Source: Gemmataceae bacterium (GTDB taxonomy: Bacteria > Planctomycetota > Planctomycetia > Gemmatales > Gemmataceae). From it: DNA of 64,000 bases. Every line of letters starts with the position of its first letter. The first letter of the stretch is position 1. A model generated the notes under the pieces. That model had not been told where the DNA came from. It saw nothing but the letters and a program-made list of their open reading frames with translations, and searched no databases. The DNA lies in assembly GCA_046350255.1 (NCBI GenBank), contig JAXMAV010000033.1, positions 5,587 to 69,586 on the forward strand. Reading direction: 5' to 3'. A program made the position numbers and the translations under genes. Shown here in pieces: positions 49,423 through 60,000 of this stretch.

Positions 49423-51564
49423 TCAGCCCGGGTAGAAGCCCCGACGGTCGGCGGCCAACTTCTGCAGCAGTTCGGTGGGGTGGAAGCGGGCGCCCAAAGC
49501 CTCGTATTTGCCCAACTTCTGCAGGACGGTCTCGATGCCCAGAGTATCGGCCCAGCGCAGGATACCGCCGCGGAAGCTTGGGAAGCCAATGCCGAGGATG
49601 AGCCCCATATCCACGTCGCCGGGCTCACGAACGATCTGCTCGGCCAGCAAGCGGGTCGCCTCGGTCAGCATGGGCAGAAACAGGCGATCCTGAATCTCCT
49701 CGATAGACAGTTCACTGCCGCGGCCCTCGCGACGGACCTTCGCCAGGAACGGGGCCAGGGCGGGATCATCGGAGCCCCGCGAGCTTTTGGCGTAGCTGTA
49801 GAAGCCCGCCCCGGTCTTCTGCCCCAGGCGGCCCGCCGCCACCAGTTCGTCGAGAATCCGGGTGGGCACCGATCGATCCTGGAAGGCGGTGTTCACCACC
49901 TTGCCCGCGTACAGGGCGGTGTCGAGCCCCACCACGTCGTTCAGGGTGACGGGCCCCATCGGCATGCCGAAAGCGGTTGCAGCCTTGTCGAGAACGCGGG
50001 GCGGCACGCCTTCCTCGAGGAGCAACATTGCCTCGTTCATGTAGGGGAACAGGATCCGGTTTACCAGGAAGCCCGGGCAGTCGCGCACGACGATGGGCGT
50101 CTTGCCGATTCGCCGGGCCAGGGCCACCAGGGTAACCGCCGTCTCATCAGAGGTCTTGGCGCCGCGAATGACCTCGACCAGCTGCATCCGATCGACAGGA
50201 TTGAAGAAGTGCATACCAGCGAAGCGGGCAGGGTCGCGCACCGACTCGGCCATGCGGGTGATGGAGATGGTCGAGGTGTTGGAGGCGAGAATAGCGCCGG
50301 GGCGCAGCACCTTCTCGATCTCGGCGTACAGCTGAATCTTAGCCGACTCGTTCTCGACGATGGCCTCGATAACCACGTCGCGGTCGGCCAGCGCCTGCGT
50401 TGTCTGGCTAGGACTGAGACGAGCCAGGGCATCGGCCGCCTCGCTGGGAGTCATGCGCCCGATTTCCACCCGGCCCATCAAGCTGCGGGTGATGGCGGCC
50501 ACACCCCGGTCGATGGAGGCGGGAGTCACGTCGATCATCACGGCCGGCACGCCCCGCCGCACATGCGCCCCGGCGATGCCCGCCCCCATGATGCCCGCGC
50601 CCACGACGCCCACCTGGCCGACGGGGTGTGGCTGGATGGTAGGGTCGCTGGAGCCGGTGTCCTTGGCTAGTCGTTGCGACATGAAGAAAACCGCGATCAG
50701 GTTACGCGAGATGGGACTGCCCACCAGGGGCAGAAACGCCTCGGTTTCCACCTGCAACCCCTCGGCCAGGGTGCGGTTGCAACCTTTGTCGATGGCGTCC
50801 ACGGCCGCCAGTGGAGCGGGGTAGTGGCCGCCAGTTTTGGCCAGAACCTGGGCGCGGGCCACGGCAAAGGTGAAGCTGGCCTGCTCCTCGGTCAGGCCGA
50901 CCGGCTGCTGCTTGCGGAGGCGCGCCTCTTTCCAGCTGCCTTCCTGGGCGGCCCAGCGCACCAGGGCAAGGGCTTCTTCCAGCAGCCGTTCGGACGGCAC
51001 GGCATCCCAGATCAGGCCGATCTGCCGGGCTCGGTCTGCCTTCGCGGCCTCGCCGGTGGTAATCATCTCCAGGGCAATGTTGGGACCGACCAGCCGGGTG
51101 AGCCGCTGCGTGCCTCCCCAGCCAGGGATGAGACCGATCTTCGTCTCGGGCAGGCCGAGTTCCGTGCGAGGACTGGCGCTGGCCAAGCGGTAATCGAACC
51201 CCAGGGCCAGTTCGAGCCCACCTCCCATGCAGGGGCCATCGATGGTAGCCACGGTCGGATAGGGAAGCTGCTCGAAGCGGGCGATGATTTCCAGCCCACG
51301 CTGAACCAACCGGCGCGACAGGGCAGCGTCGGGGCGAGCGCCTCCCAGTTCCTTGAGGTCGGCCCCGGCGATAAACATGCCCGGCTTGCCACTGCGAAAG
51401 ACCAGGCCAGCCAGCCCCGACTGCTGCTCGAGCTGTCCCAGGATTTGCTCGAGTTCGGCCTGGACCGCCTGCCCCAGCGTGTTGGCCCGGCTACCGGGTT
51501 GATCGAACGTCACCACAGCCACGCCGTCACGTGTTTCGAGCTGAATCGCGGGAGAGGCGCTCAT
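49423..51564 (-). CDS. Fatty-acid oxidation multifunctional enzyme (enoyl-CoA hydratase / 3-hydroxyacyl-CoA dehydrogenase), FadB/FadJ-like
   Basis: Start ATG 51564 (MSASPAIQLETRDGVAVVTFD...). Crotonase 'FIAGADLKEL', 'GGGLELAL'. Rossmann 'VGVVGAGIMGAGIA'. 'HFFNPV'. Confidence 0.9.
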   Translation of the reverse strand: MSASPAIQLETRDGVAVVTFDQPGSRANTLGQAVQAELEQILGQLEQQSGLAGLVFRSGKPGMFIAGADLKELGGARPDAALSRRLVQRGLEIIARFEQLPYPTVATIDGPCMGGGLELALGFDYRLASASPRTELGLPETKIGLIPGWGGTQRLTRLVGPNIALEMITTGEAAKADRARQIGLIWDAVPSERLLEEALALVRWAAQEGSWKEARLRKQQPVGLTEEQASFTFAVARAQVLAKTGGHYPAPLAAVDAIDKGCNRTLAEGLQVETEAFLPLVGSPISRNLIAVFFMSQRLAKDTGSSDPTIQPHPVGQVGVVGAGIMGAGIAGAHVRRGVPAVMIDVTPASIDRGVAAITRSLMGRVEIGRMTPSEAADALARLSPSQTTQALADRDVVIEAIVENESAKIQLYAEIEKVLRPGAILASNTSTISITRMAESVRDPARFAGMHFFNPVDRMQLVEVIRGAKTSDETAVTLVALARRIGKTPIVVRDCPGFLVNRILFPYMNEAMLLLEEGVPPRVLDKAATAFGMPMGPVTLNDVVGLDTALYAGKVVNTAFQDRSVPTRILDELVAAGRLGQKTGAGFYSYAKSSRGSDDPALAPFLAKVRREGRGSELSIEEIQDRLFLPMLTEATRLLAEQIVREPGDVDMGLILGIGFPSFRGGILRWADTLGIETVLQKLGKYEALGARFHPTELLQKLAADRRGFYPG

Positions 51565-51796
51565 GAGAGTATTCCTTCGGAAGAAGCGCGGAACCACTCT
51601 GCAAGTGTATACCTGAGAGCAGGCCAGCAAAGCCCCGGCGAGACCGAAGCCCTGGGCCGTCCCGTGGAGGGATGCAGAAGCCGACCTGCGCCTGGACGGT
51701 AATCCTGTCTTCACCCCGGCAGGAGAACCCGTATAATAGGAGCTTTCCGGGGGTCGTGGCCTGGGGTGATGTGCCGCCCCTCCTGGGGCAAGGAAT

Positions 51797-52129
51797 ATGG
51801 AGATGACAAGCATGTTGCTGCCGTTGTGGGCGGTCCCCGCCTGGGTGCCAGGCATCCTGAACATCGTCCTCCTGCTGACCGGGGTCTTTCTGATCCTTCT
51901 GGTGCTGATCCAGCGAGGCAAGGGCGGCGGTCTGGCCGGCGCGTTCGGCGGCGCTGGCGGTTCCAGCGCATTCGGCTCGCGGGCCGGCGATGCCTTCACG
52001 CGCATTACCATCTACACCGCCGCCGTCTGGATCCTGCTCATCATGTTTTTGATCAAGACCACCCAGGTGCGCGATCCTCTCCCGACCAGTCGTCCCGACG
52101 TCGAGTCGCAAAACTCCGCTCCGGAATAA
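51797..52129 (+). CDS. secG: Preprotein translocase subunit SecG
   Basis: '[56 protein letters not shown]'. The start could be 51797, 51803 or 51812. Confidence 0.8.
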   Translation: MEMTSMLLPLWAVPAWVPGILNIVLLLTGVFLILLVLIQRGKGGGLAGAFGGAGGSSAFGSRAGDAFTRITIYTAAVWILLIMFLIKTTQVRDPLPTSRPDVESQNSAPE

Positions 52130-52159
52130 GGTAGACCCCGGAGCAGCGGCTCCACCAGG

Positions 52160-52199
52160 GAGCCGGAGCCCGCGCTGGCTCCGGCTCATCGCATTTTTC
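52160..52199 (+). terminator. Intrinsic terminator after secG
   Basis: Perfect 11-bp stem GAGCCGGAGCC / GGCTCCGGCTC with a 6-nt loop, then ATCGCATTTTT. Confidence 0.7.
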
Positions 52200-52240
52200 A
52201 TCGTCCAGCGCATCTACCCAGGTCAGGAAGCGAGGTCGGC

Positions 52241-53128
52241 GTGTTGTTTAGCATGACGGGCTACGGCGAAGCCAGTTACTCCAGCGACACCCTGCAACTG
52301 GCGGTCGAGCTGCGTGCTGTCAACAACCGTTACCTGAAAATCTCCCTCCGCGCCGCCGAGCCCTACAACCTGCTCGAACCGGAGATTGAAAAGGTGGTGC
52401 GGCGGACCATCAAGCGCGGCACCCTGCAAATTCAACTGCGCTGCTCGCGCCAGTACACACCCCAGGACTTTCAGATCAACTCGGTGGCAGTGCGCAGCTA
52501 CTTGGCCCAGCTGCAGACGCTGGCCAGCGAGCTATCGCTGGGAGAAAGCCCCGCGCTGCTGGGTCAGGTGCTGGCCCTGCCCGGCGTGGTACCGGAACCG
52601 TCGGCTGGCACGTTGCAATTCGAAGCGGAATGGCCGATCCTGGAACAGGTACTCGAAACCGCCCTGGGCCGGCTGCAGCAGATGCGCCAGGACGAGGGAC
52701 GGGCCATGGCCCAGGAACTGCTGCAGCTGCGCGATCACATCAAGAGCGAACTGGAGGCCATCCAGCGCCGGGTCCCGCATGTGGCCGAGGCCTACCGCGA
52801 CCGTCTGCTGGAGCGCGTGCGTTCGTTGCTGGGCGAACTGGATGTCGCCATCGACCGTAAGGATCTTATCAAGGAAGTAGCGGTGTTCGCCGAACGGGCC
52901 GACATTAGCGAAGAGGTCGTTCGCCTCGCCAGCCACCTCGTACAGTTTCAGGAGATCATCAACGAGCCCGAGAGCGCGGGGCGAAAGCTGGAGTTTCTGA
53001 CGCAGGAGATGTTTCGGGAAACGAACACCATCGGCTCGAAAGGCAGTGACGTGGAGATTTCTCGTCACGTGGTCGAGATCAAGGGGAGCCTTGAGAAGAT
53101 TCGCGAACTCGTGCAGAACGTGGAGTGA
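52241..53128 (+). CDS. yicC: YicC family stress-induced protein
   Basis: GTG start gives 'MLFSMTGYGEA'. C-terminal 'LTQEMFRETNTIGSKG.D..IS..VVEIK...EKIRE.VQNVE'. Confidence 0.9.
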   Translation: MLFSMTGYGEASYSSDTLQLAVELRAVNNRYLKISLRAAEPYNLLEPEIEKVVRRTIKRGTLQIQLRCSRQYTPQDFQINSVAVRSYLAQLQTLASELSLGESPALLGQVLALPGVVPEPSAGTLQFEAEWPILEQVLETALGRLQQMRQDEGRAMAQELLQLRDHIKSELEAIQRRVPHVAEAYRDRLLERVRSLLGELDVAIDRKDLIKEVAVFAERADISEEVVRLASHLVQFQEIINEPESAGRKLEFLTQEMFRETNTIGSKGSDVEISRHVVEIKGSLEKIRELVQNVE

Positions 53129-53134
53129 CCCTGG

Positions 53135-53725
53135 ATGCAGCCCGCACCGCTGATTATCGTCTCCGGACCGTCGGGCAGCGGCAAGTCCACGCTCATTCGC
53201 CGGGTACTGGAGCATCCGCCCTATCCCCTGCGGCTAGCGGTGTCGGCCACCACCCGACCCCAGCGCGTGGGCGAAGTGGAGGGAGTGCATTATCACTTCT
53301 GGACGCCGGAACGGTTCCGTGAGCAGCTTGAAGCTGGCGCCTTCCTCGAACATGCGGTGGTGCATGGTAAGCACCAGTACGGCACCCCCCGCAGCGAGGT
53401 GGACGGTTACCGGGAACAGGGCATCGGCGTCATTCTGGACATTGACGTCCAGGGAGCGGCTCTGGTGCGCCCGCTCTATCCCGATCTGCTGTCCATCTTC
53501 GTGGCCTTATCGCGATGGGACATGTATGAGGAACGTCTCCGGGGCCGGGGCTCGGAATCCGACGAATCGATAGCCCGGCGCCTGGCCACCGCTCAGCGCG
53601 AGCTGGCTCGTCAGGGAGAGTACCAGTTTCTGATCCACAACGACGACCTCGACCGCGCCGTGTCCCAGTTTCGCGATCTCTTGTTACAGCACAGCGCGAC
53701 CCGCTCAACGACCTCTGGGAGATGA
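53135..53725 (+). CDS. gmk: Guanylate kinase
   Basis: '[14 protein letters not shown]', 'SATTR.PR.GE..G..Y.F', 'LDIDVQGA'. Confidence 0.95.
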   Translation: MQPAPLIIVSGPSGSGKSTLIRRVLEHPPYPLRLAVSATTRPQRVGEVEGVHYHFWTPERFREQLEAGAFLEHAVVHGKHQYGTPRSEVDGYREQGIGVILDIDVQGAALVRPLYPDLLSIFVALSRWDMYEERLRGRGSESDESIARRLATAQRELARQGEYQFLIHNDDLDRAVSQFRDLLLQHSATRSTTSGR

Positions 53726-54015
53726 TCATGCACGACGATCTGAAGGAAGAAGGCATCGTGAACAAGGTGGGCGGGCGCTTCAAGCTCTCCACTCTGATTC
53801 AGAAGCGTCTCATCATGCTGAACACCGGGTCCAAGCCGCTGGTGGACATGCGCTCCAGCGACAAGATGGCCATCGTGATTCAGGAGATCCTGCACGACAA
53901 GATTTACCTGGATGCCTCGGGGCAGGTTCAGTCGCGCGGCATGTCCACGCAGGACATGGCGCGCCGGGCCATGCTCAGCGATGTGTCGGGCCATCTGGGT
54001 AGCTCGGACGACTGA
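53722..54015 (+). CDS. rpoZ: DNA-directed RNA polymerase subunit omega
   Basis: '[17 protein letters not shown]....GSKPLV.....[10 protein letters not shown]...KI' aligns with E. coli omega '[28 protein letters not shown]...DKTTVIALREIEEGLI'. Conserved gmk-rpoZ order with ATGA overlap. Confidence 0.8.
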   Translation: MIMHDDLKEEGIVNKVGGRFKLSTLIQKRLIMLNTGSKPLVDMRSSDKMAIVIQEILHDKIYLDASGQVQSRGMSTQDMARRAMLSDVSGHLGSSDD

Positions 54016-54148
54016 GCCCGCGCCACTGTAGCACGCCAGGGAGGGCGTCTTGGCCAGGCAGGTCCGGCCGAGTACGCCCTCGCACTGTTTTTCTCTCGCA
54101 TCCCATCATTCCCGCAGCCTGCGACGTCTACCCCCGGAGTTTGGAGCC

Positions 54149-55783
54149 ATGGCCGACACCTCCGAGTCTCGTTCCGGAACCACCACCCAGCCGCTGCCCG
54201 CGCCCGAGCTGCCCCCCGCAGATCAGCCGCGTGACGACATCTATCGTCCGTTATCGTTGCTGGCCCTCGGAGGCTTCAGCCTGTCCGTCCTCTATGCCTT
54301 CCTGGTGTTGCTGGGGGGGTTAGCACCCATCGCTGGTAACTATCCGCGGCTGTTCCTCCTCCTGGTAGTGGTTGCGCCGCTGGTGGGCGCCCAGGTGGCG
54401 CTGCTGGGCCGGCAGCGCAGCACGGGCCGGGTGCTCTCCTACGCCGGATTGGGGCTGGTGATCCTGGCGGTGGTCCTGGGGCTAGGCGGGCTGGTAGCCT
54501 ATTCCAGCACCAGCCCCTGGTTGCTGCTAGACGGTGTGGGCTGGTTGCTACTCCTGGCCGCGCTGGGCCTGTGCTGGGTCGCCCGCTCCCGGATTACCAC
54601 GTCGGAAGGCACGCTGGCCGGATTGAAGTTGGCCAACTGGGGCCTGGCCCTGGGTCTCTTCTTCGGACTCAACTACGGCGCCTACCTGGCGTCCAACTCC
54701 TTCGCCATCACCGGGCAGGCCCGCGGTGTCGCCGAGGAGTTCATCGCCCTGATAAAAGACACCAATGACCCCGATGCCCTGCTCAAGGCGTTTGTCCTGA
54801 CGCTGCCTCCGCGTCAACGTCCCTCAAGCGATCTGCGCCGATCGATCGAGATCGAGCACAACGTCACCCCGGACAGCACAGGACGCCAGCAGGGCGGTTT
54901 CTCGATGTTCACCTCATCGGGCTACTTCCATCTGCTCCGGTCGGGGCCGTCCCAGGTGACGTTCGAGCGCGTCGAAAGCAGCACCTTCGAGCGCGGTGGA
55001 TTCCAGGTCAACCTGATCTACATCATCGAGAACGAACTGGGGAAGGCAGAGTTGAAGGTCGGCACCTTCGGTCAGGAAACTGCTGGAGGACCGGGTGGCC
55101 GGCAGTGGCAGATCGTTCCGACGCAAACTACCATCGTCGGAGGCAACCAGGCGACGGAGGCGGGGATCGCCTACCAGAAGAGCCTGGCCTTCACGCGCGA
55201 ATTCGTCAACGAGTGGGTCAACAAGGTGCGAGTGGGAGACATCCCCGGAAGCTATCTGGACACGCTGACCGAATCGCGCCGACGCAAGCTGGTCGGTGGT
55301 GCGGTCTACAGCACTCCCTCGTTGCCGATCGCCATGGGGTTGCAGATCCTGGGCGCCATGGGGCTGACACCCGAGGTTGCCACCGAGTTCGTGGACGGAC
55401 TGAACAAGTACCGTAAGGGCGACCTGATCAAGGAGGGGCCCGACCTGTTCGCGACCAGCGAGGCAATCCGCAAGCAAAGCATCGGCGAGGTCCGAGGCCT
55501 CTTCCAGGGAGGTGGGCCGCCGGTCGCCGACCTTAGCTTGCGGGAGAACGTCGGTGCAATGCTGGGATACAAGCCGGACGGCAACAACAGCGAGTACCAC
55601 TTCCCCGCCCGCGTCGTCACTCGTCCGCCAGGAGCACCCGGACCGCGCTACATGGTAGACGTGGACATCGTCGTGCTGGGACCATTGAATCCCGAAATCC
55701 ACTCGCCGGAGGGTTACCGGATCGGACGAGTCGTCCCCATTCGGGTGCAGACCGCCCCGGATCCCCAGCGGCCCCCGGGCTGA
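54149..55783 (+). CDS. Polytopic membrane protein with large C-terminal soluble domain, function unknown
   Basis: Start ATG 54149 (MADTSESRSG...). Five hydrophobic segments between aa ~30 and 200, then ~340 aa of soluble sequence with no motif I recognise. Confidence 0.65.
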   Translation: MADTSESRSGTTTQPLPAPELPPADQPRDDIYRPLSLLALGGFSLSVLYAFLVLLGGLAPIAGNYPRLFLLLVVVAPLVGAQVALLGRQRSTGRVLSYAGLGLVILAVVLGLGGLVAYSSTSPWLLLDGVGWLLLLAALGLCWVARSRITTSEGTLAGLKLANWGLALGLFFGLNYGAYLASNSFAITGQARGVAEEFIALIKDTNDPDALLKAFVLTLPPRQRPSSDLRRSIEIEHNVTPDSTGRQQGGFSMFTSSGYFHLLRSGPSQVTFERVESSTFERGGFQVNLIYIIENELGKAELKVGTFGQETAGGPGGRQWQIVPTQTTIVGGNQATEAGIAYQKSLAFTREFVNEWVNKVRVGDIPGSYLDTLTESRRRKLVGGAVYSTPSLPIAMGLQILGAMGLTPEVATEFVDGLNKYRKGDLIKEGPDLFATSEAIRKQSIGEVRGLFQGGGPPVADLSLRENVGAMLGYKPDGNNSEYHFPARVVTRPPGAPGPRYMVDVDIVVLGPLNPEIHSPEGYRIGRVVPIRVQTAPDPQRPPG

Positions 55784-55789
55784 GCCGGA

Positions 55790-57034
55790 CTACTCGAGCA
55801 TGTGCCCGAGCTTGTCCTTCTTCGTCTGCAAGTAGCGCTGGTTGCACTCGGTGGCCGGCACCTGGATGGGAACGCGTTCGACGATGCGCAGGTCGTAGCC
55901 GTCCAGGCCCACCACCTTGCGTGGGTTGTTGGTGAGCAGACGAATCTGCCGGACGCCCAGGTCGAGGAGGATCTGGGCGCCGATGCCGTAGTGGCGCAGG
56001 TCCGGACCGAAGCCGAGCGCCTGGTTGGCCTCGACGGTGTCCATGCCTTCCTGCTGCTGCAGCGCGTAGGCCTTGAGCTTGTGCAACAGGCCGATGCCGC
56101 GGCCTTCCTGCCGCATGTAGAGGATCACACCCCGGCCTTCCTCTGCCACCTGGGCCATCGCGCGCTGTAGCTGCGACCCACAATCGCACAGCAGGCTTTC
56201 GAGCAGGTCCCCGGTCAGGCACTGGCTGTGGATGCGCACCAGGATCGGGTCGGGCTGTTCGACCACAACGCCGCCTTTCTCCAGCCCCACGCCACCCATG
56301 GTGAGCGCCAGGTGCGGTTCGGGATCGACTTTCGAGGTGTACACGAAGAGGTCGAACTCTCCCACCCGGGTCGGCAGCTTGAGACTCACCTCACGATGGA
56401 TGAGTTTCTCCCGCCGTCGGCGATACTTGATGAGCTGCTCGATGGTACACATCTTCAGCCCTTCCTCGGCACAGAAGCGGCGCAGGTCGGGTAGGCGGGC
56501 CATGGTGCCATCCGCGTTGACAATCTCGCAGATGACGGCGGCCTGTCGCAACCCAGCCAGACGGGCCAGATCGACGCTTCCCTCGGTGTGGCCGGCCCGG
56601 ACGAGCACCCCGCCCTCGCGGGCGCGCAGACCCGGCACGTGGCCCTTGCCGCGAATCAGGTCGGCCGCAGTCGTGTGATCGTCCACGGCGACCCGGATGG
56701 TGCGTGCGCGATCGAAGGCCGACGTGCCTGTGGTAATGCCAGTGCGGGCGTCGATGTAGGGGGTGAAGGGAGTGGCAGTGGAATCGAGGCCACCGCCCGG
56801 CATCGGTTCGAGACTCAGGCGATCGCAAATATCCGCGGACATGGCCAGACAAACCAGGCCACAGGCCTTCCGCATCATGAAGTTGATCGATTCGGGAGTG
56901 ACCATCTCGGCGGCGATGACCAGGTCGCCCTCGTTCTCCCGGTTCTCATCGTCCACCAGGACGATCATCCGTCCGTGGCGCAGGTCATCCAGGGCCTCGT
57001 CGATCGAGCAGAACCCTTCATTCTGGTCCGGCAT
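55790..57034 (-). CDS. ribBA: Bifunctional 3,4-dihydroxy-2-butanone-4-phosphate synthase / GTP cyclohydrolase II
   Basis: 'GRMIVLVDDENRENEGDLVIAAE', 'RAGHTEGSVDLARLAG', 'VRIHSQCLTGDLL.SLLCDCG.QL', 'YMRQEGRGIGL..K..AY.LQ..G.DTV'. Confidence 0.95.
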   Translation of the reverse strand: MPDQNEGFCSIDEALDDLRHGRMIVLVDDENRENEGDLVIAAEMVTPESINFMMRKACGLVCLAMSADICDRLSLEPMPGGGLDSTATPFTPYIDARTGITTGTSAFDRARTIRVAVDDHTTAADLIRGKGHVPGLRAREGGVLVRAGHTEGSVDLARLAGLRQAAVICEIVNADGTMARLPDLRRFCAEEGLKMCTIEQLIKYRRRREKLIHREVSLKLPTRVGEFDLFVYTSKVDPEPHLALTMGGVGLEKGGVVVEQPDPILVRIHSQCLTGDLLESLLCDCGSQLQRAMAQVAEEGRGVILYMRQEGRGIGLLHKLKAYALQQQEGMDTVEANQALGFGPDLRHYGIGAQILLDLGVRQIRLLTNNPRKVVGLDGYDLRIVERVPIQVPATECNQRYLQTKKDKLGHMLE

Positions 57035-57098
57035 GACTTCTCCTCCCGGCTAACATGGGCGGCCGTCTCATCCTCATTGTAGACGTCTCGCCCCCGAT

Positions 57099-60000
57099 TT
57101 ACCTGGCTACCAGCACGAGGGCAAAGTCGTCCATGCGGTAGATCACAAGACCGTCCACACTCAGAAAGCCCCGGGCGGTCAGCCTCCGCGCCGCGTCATC
57201 GCATGCGGTCACTTCGAGCGTCACGCGTACCTGGCGATTGCGCGGAATGACCTGGCCGCGATAGATCCAGGTGTGGGTGCCGAGGTTGGCCTCGAAGTGG
57301 ATGTGCGGGCCGGCCTGCCAGCGCTCGCACGCCACCACCTCGAGCAGTTGCAGGAAGCTCTCCAGCCCCAGCGAACCGGGCATGACCGGATCCTGGTAAA
57401 AATGCGCCGCGAAGAACCACTCCTCGGGCCGCACGGTCTTCGTCGCTTCAGCGTAGCCCAGTCCGGCCTGGCCACCATCCAGCACCAGCAGATCGACCTG
57501 TTCGAGCATGCGCAGCATGGGGGCAGGGAAGGGTGCCTCGGTGGGGAACGCCAGCGAGCGTGCTCGCGCTTGTTCTGCTGCGGTGGGCTGATAGGGTCGT
57601 GCCTCGCGCACGCCGATCTGCTGGCCGAGCGCCTCGGCCGAGAAGAAGCCGAACGTCGTGCTGCCCTCGTAGAGTGGCCCCTGGGCGTCGCGCACCTGGA
57701 AGTCGAAATCCTGGATGATCATCCCACCCGAGGAGGCCACCCGCGTGCAGCGCACCTGGGACACCAGCGTTCCAGTCTGCGGCGTCACCACGCGATGCAA
57801 CGTCGCCTTACCGCCCAGGTTCCGGTAATGCAGCGGCTCGCGGGAGGTCAAGGCCGAGCCCATGTACGAGGACATCCAGCCGCAGACCTGCAGAGGGATC
57901 TCCAGCAACACCGAGAATGGCATGACCGGCGCGCGGGCGGCGTCGAAGTACCACTCCTGGGGTGGCACGTCGTACTCCGCCTCGACCAGGCCACCTGCCG
58001 CCATCACCCAGGGCTCGGCCTCGAGGCGAGTGACCCGATCGAGGAAGCTGTAGGGCGGCGCTGGCAGCCGGGCGATGAAGCGTTCCTCATCGAAGGGCAG
58101 GTAGCGATCGCCGAACGCCTCGGACGGCTTCCCCGTGGCGAAGGCGAGAATGTGTCGGCGTTCGTAGAGGGGTGCAGTCGAGATCGCGCGTCCCGCCCAC
58201 AGCCCCGCGATGCGCTCGCGTGTGAGGCCGCGCATCTGCAGGCACATGTCGGTGATCTCGACGATCGGCTTGCCATCGGCATACATGAGCGCGTTGCAAA
58301 TGGCGTAGGCATGCGGGTTGTAGCCACGCTCGCGCAGGGTGACCTCGTAGGTGACGACGCGGGTGGACGCGGTGACCTGGCCCCGGCACTTCAGCCGGCT
58401 GGGCACGCCGGGCACTGGTTCGCACACCACCTCGTCGTGCTCGCCCACCCAGCCCAGCCGCATGAGAAAGACGCGCAGGGTGTGCAGGCAGCACTCGTAC
58501 ATCAGCGTGCCCGGCATGACCTGGTCATCGACGAAGTGGCAGGTGAGGAACCAGTTGTCGGGATGGATGTCGGCCTCGCCGCGGATGAGCCCGATGCCGA
58601 ACTGCCCACCACGCGGCTCCAGTGCCACGATGCGATGGACCAGCCGCATGTGGCCTCCCGGTAAACGCATCGGCTGGGTAAGCGGAAGGTGCGCGAACAG
58701 GGGACCGAAGCAGTCGGCGAGGTTGCCCTGCCGGAGCGCGTCTAGCTGCTGCTCGTCGTAGGTCGCGCTGGCCTGGGGTGGCAGATGGCTGGCATCATCG
58801 GGTTCCACACCGGGGCGGGGACGCAGCTGCAACGCGGTCTGCACGACGCCCTTGCCGGCCGCCAGTTCGCGGGACGAGAAGAAGCCGGCGCAGCCATCCG
58901 TCATCGTCAGGAGCGGCTGCCCCTGGACGGTACCGACGAAGCGGAACCGGAACAGGTACGTTTCGTCCTGGCGAAAGAAGTGGTCGATGTGGATGTCGTA
59001 GCGGATCGTCTCGCCGGGTCCGGGTAGCTCGCGGTGGAACGTCACCACGGCGTCGAGGAGGCGGTAGACCGCCAGGCCGCGCGTGTGGAAATCGATGCCG
59101 AGGTAGCCCGACAGGAAGAGGTCGGCCTGCCCCGATTCGACGGCCAGGCAGGTCGGAATGACGCCATTGTCGAGGTACCATGCGCCGGGGTGGATGTCGT
59201 GCTCGGTGACGACGCGCCCCTGCGACATCGAGCGCGGTTCGCCCTCCAGGGCCACAATGCGATCGACCAGCATGAGCGGTTCATCGGGCAGGCGCACCCG
59301 GGTGGGGAAGGCATCGACCTCGGCGAAATCCGCGCCCAGCACCTGAGCAATCGAGCCGATGGCAAACTCCAGGCACTGGTCCCGATCCAGCACGACGTCG
59401 GCTCGCACCGGCGGGGCTGGCGCCTCGAGCACGGCCATGGGTGCCAGCGCAGCGCCCTGCAGGATCAGTTCGAGCAGTTGCCCCTGGAACGCGAGCGTCT
59501 CGCTGACGGTGTTCCGCAGGGTGTGATCGAAGCGCAGGAAGGCGGCGTGCGCCTCGGCCTGGGCCTGATGGATGGTGGCGAACCGTTCGAGATCCTGGCC
59601 ATGCTCGCTCCTCGTGGGAACGAAGCTGCGCGGCTCGACGGGAGCGGGTGAGAAGGGAGCTGGCACGGGTGCTTGCACCACGGGTTCGGGCATGGGGTCA
59701 GTACCCGGCGGTGAGGGAAACGCACGCCGGCCCACCGGAACGATCACCTGGTTTTCCTCCGCAGGCAGTTCGTCTCCGGGGTCGCCAAGCAGCCCCGCCA
59801 CGTCGAACGGGATGCGTTCGGCGACCAGCTGACCGGCGAGACGCCACAGCCCGGCCAGCGGCTCGGGCCCGGGCACACAGGCGGAACGGGCCACATGCCG
59901 CCGCCCCGCCAGGATCTGCCCGATCATGCGCGAGCAGGAGCCGCCGGGGCCGACCTCGACGAACACTCGCACGCCATCGCGGTAGGCAGCCTCGATGGTG

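Noticed and set aside
49294-51702. + strand ORFs of 458 aa (49294-50670) and 342 aa (50674-51702)
   Set aside because: They are antisense to the fadB-like gene (crotonase and Rossmann motifs on the minus strand). They have low-complexity Gly/Arg/His composition.
51565-52011. Long N-terminal extensions offered by the ORF track. Examples: the fadB-like gene from 52011, the YdjM-like gene from 49628, the protease from 27850, the SBP-permease from 31868, the GT2 from 20771, and the DUF1559 gene from 39092
   Set aside because: The extensions overlap neighbouring genes or terminators and are Arg/Pro-rich. They also precede internal starts that have RBSs and family-typical N-termini. I therefore used the shorter forms.
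57035-57098. Looked for an FMN riboswitch upstream of ribBA
   Set aside because: Only 64 nt separate ribBA from the preceding gene's stop. That is too short for the ~130-nt or longer FMN element, and no conserved FMN-motif sequence is seen.
57273-58664. 463-aa + strand ORF, plus other + strand ORFs (58351-58761, 59034-59651, 61236-62000, 62346-63113) across the megasynthase gene
   Set aside because: All are antisense to a gene with unambiguous KS/AT/FabA motifs. Their products are Arg/Gly/Ala-rich and motif-free.
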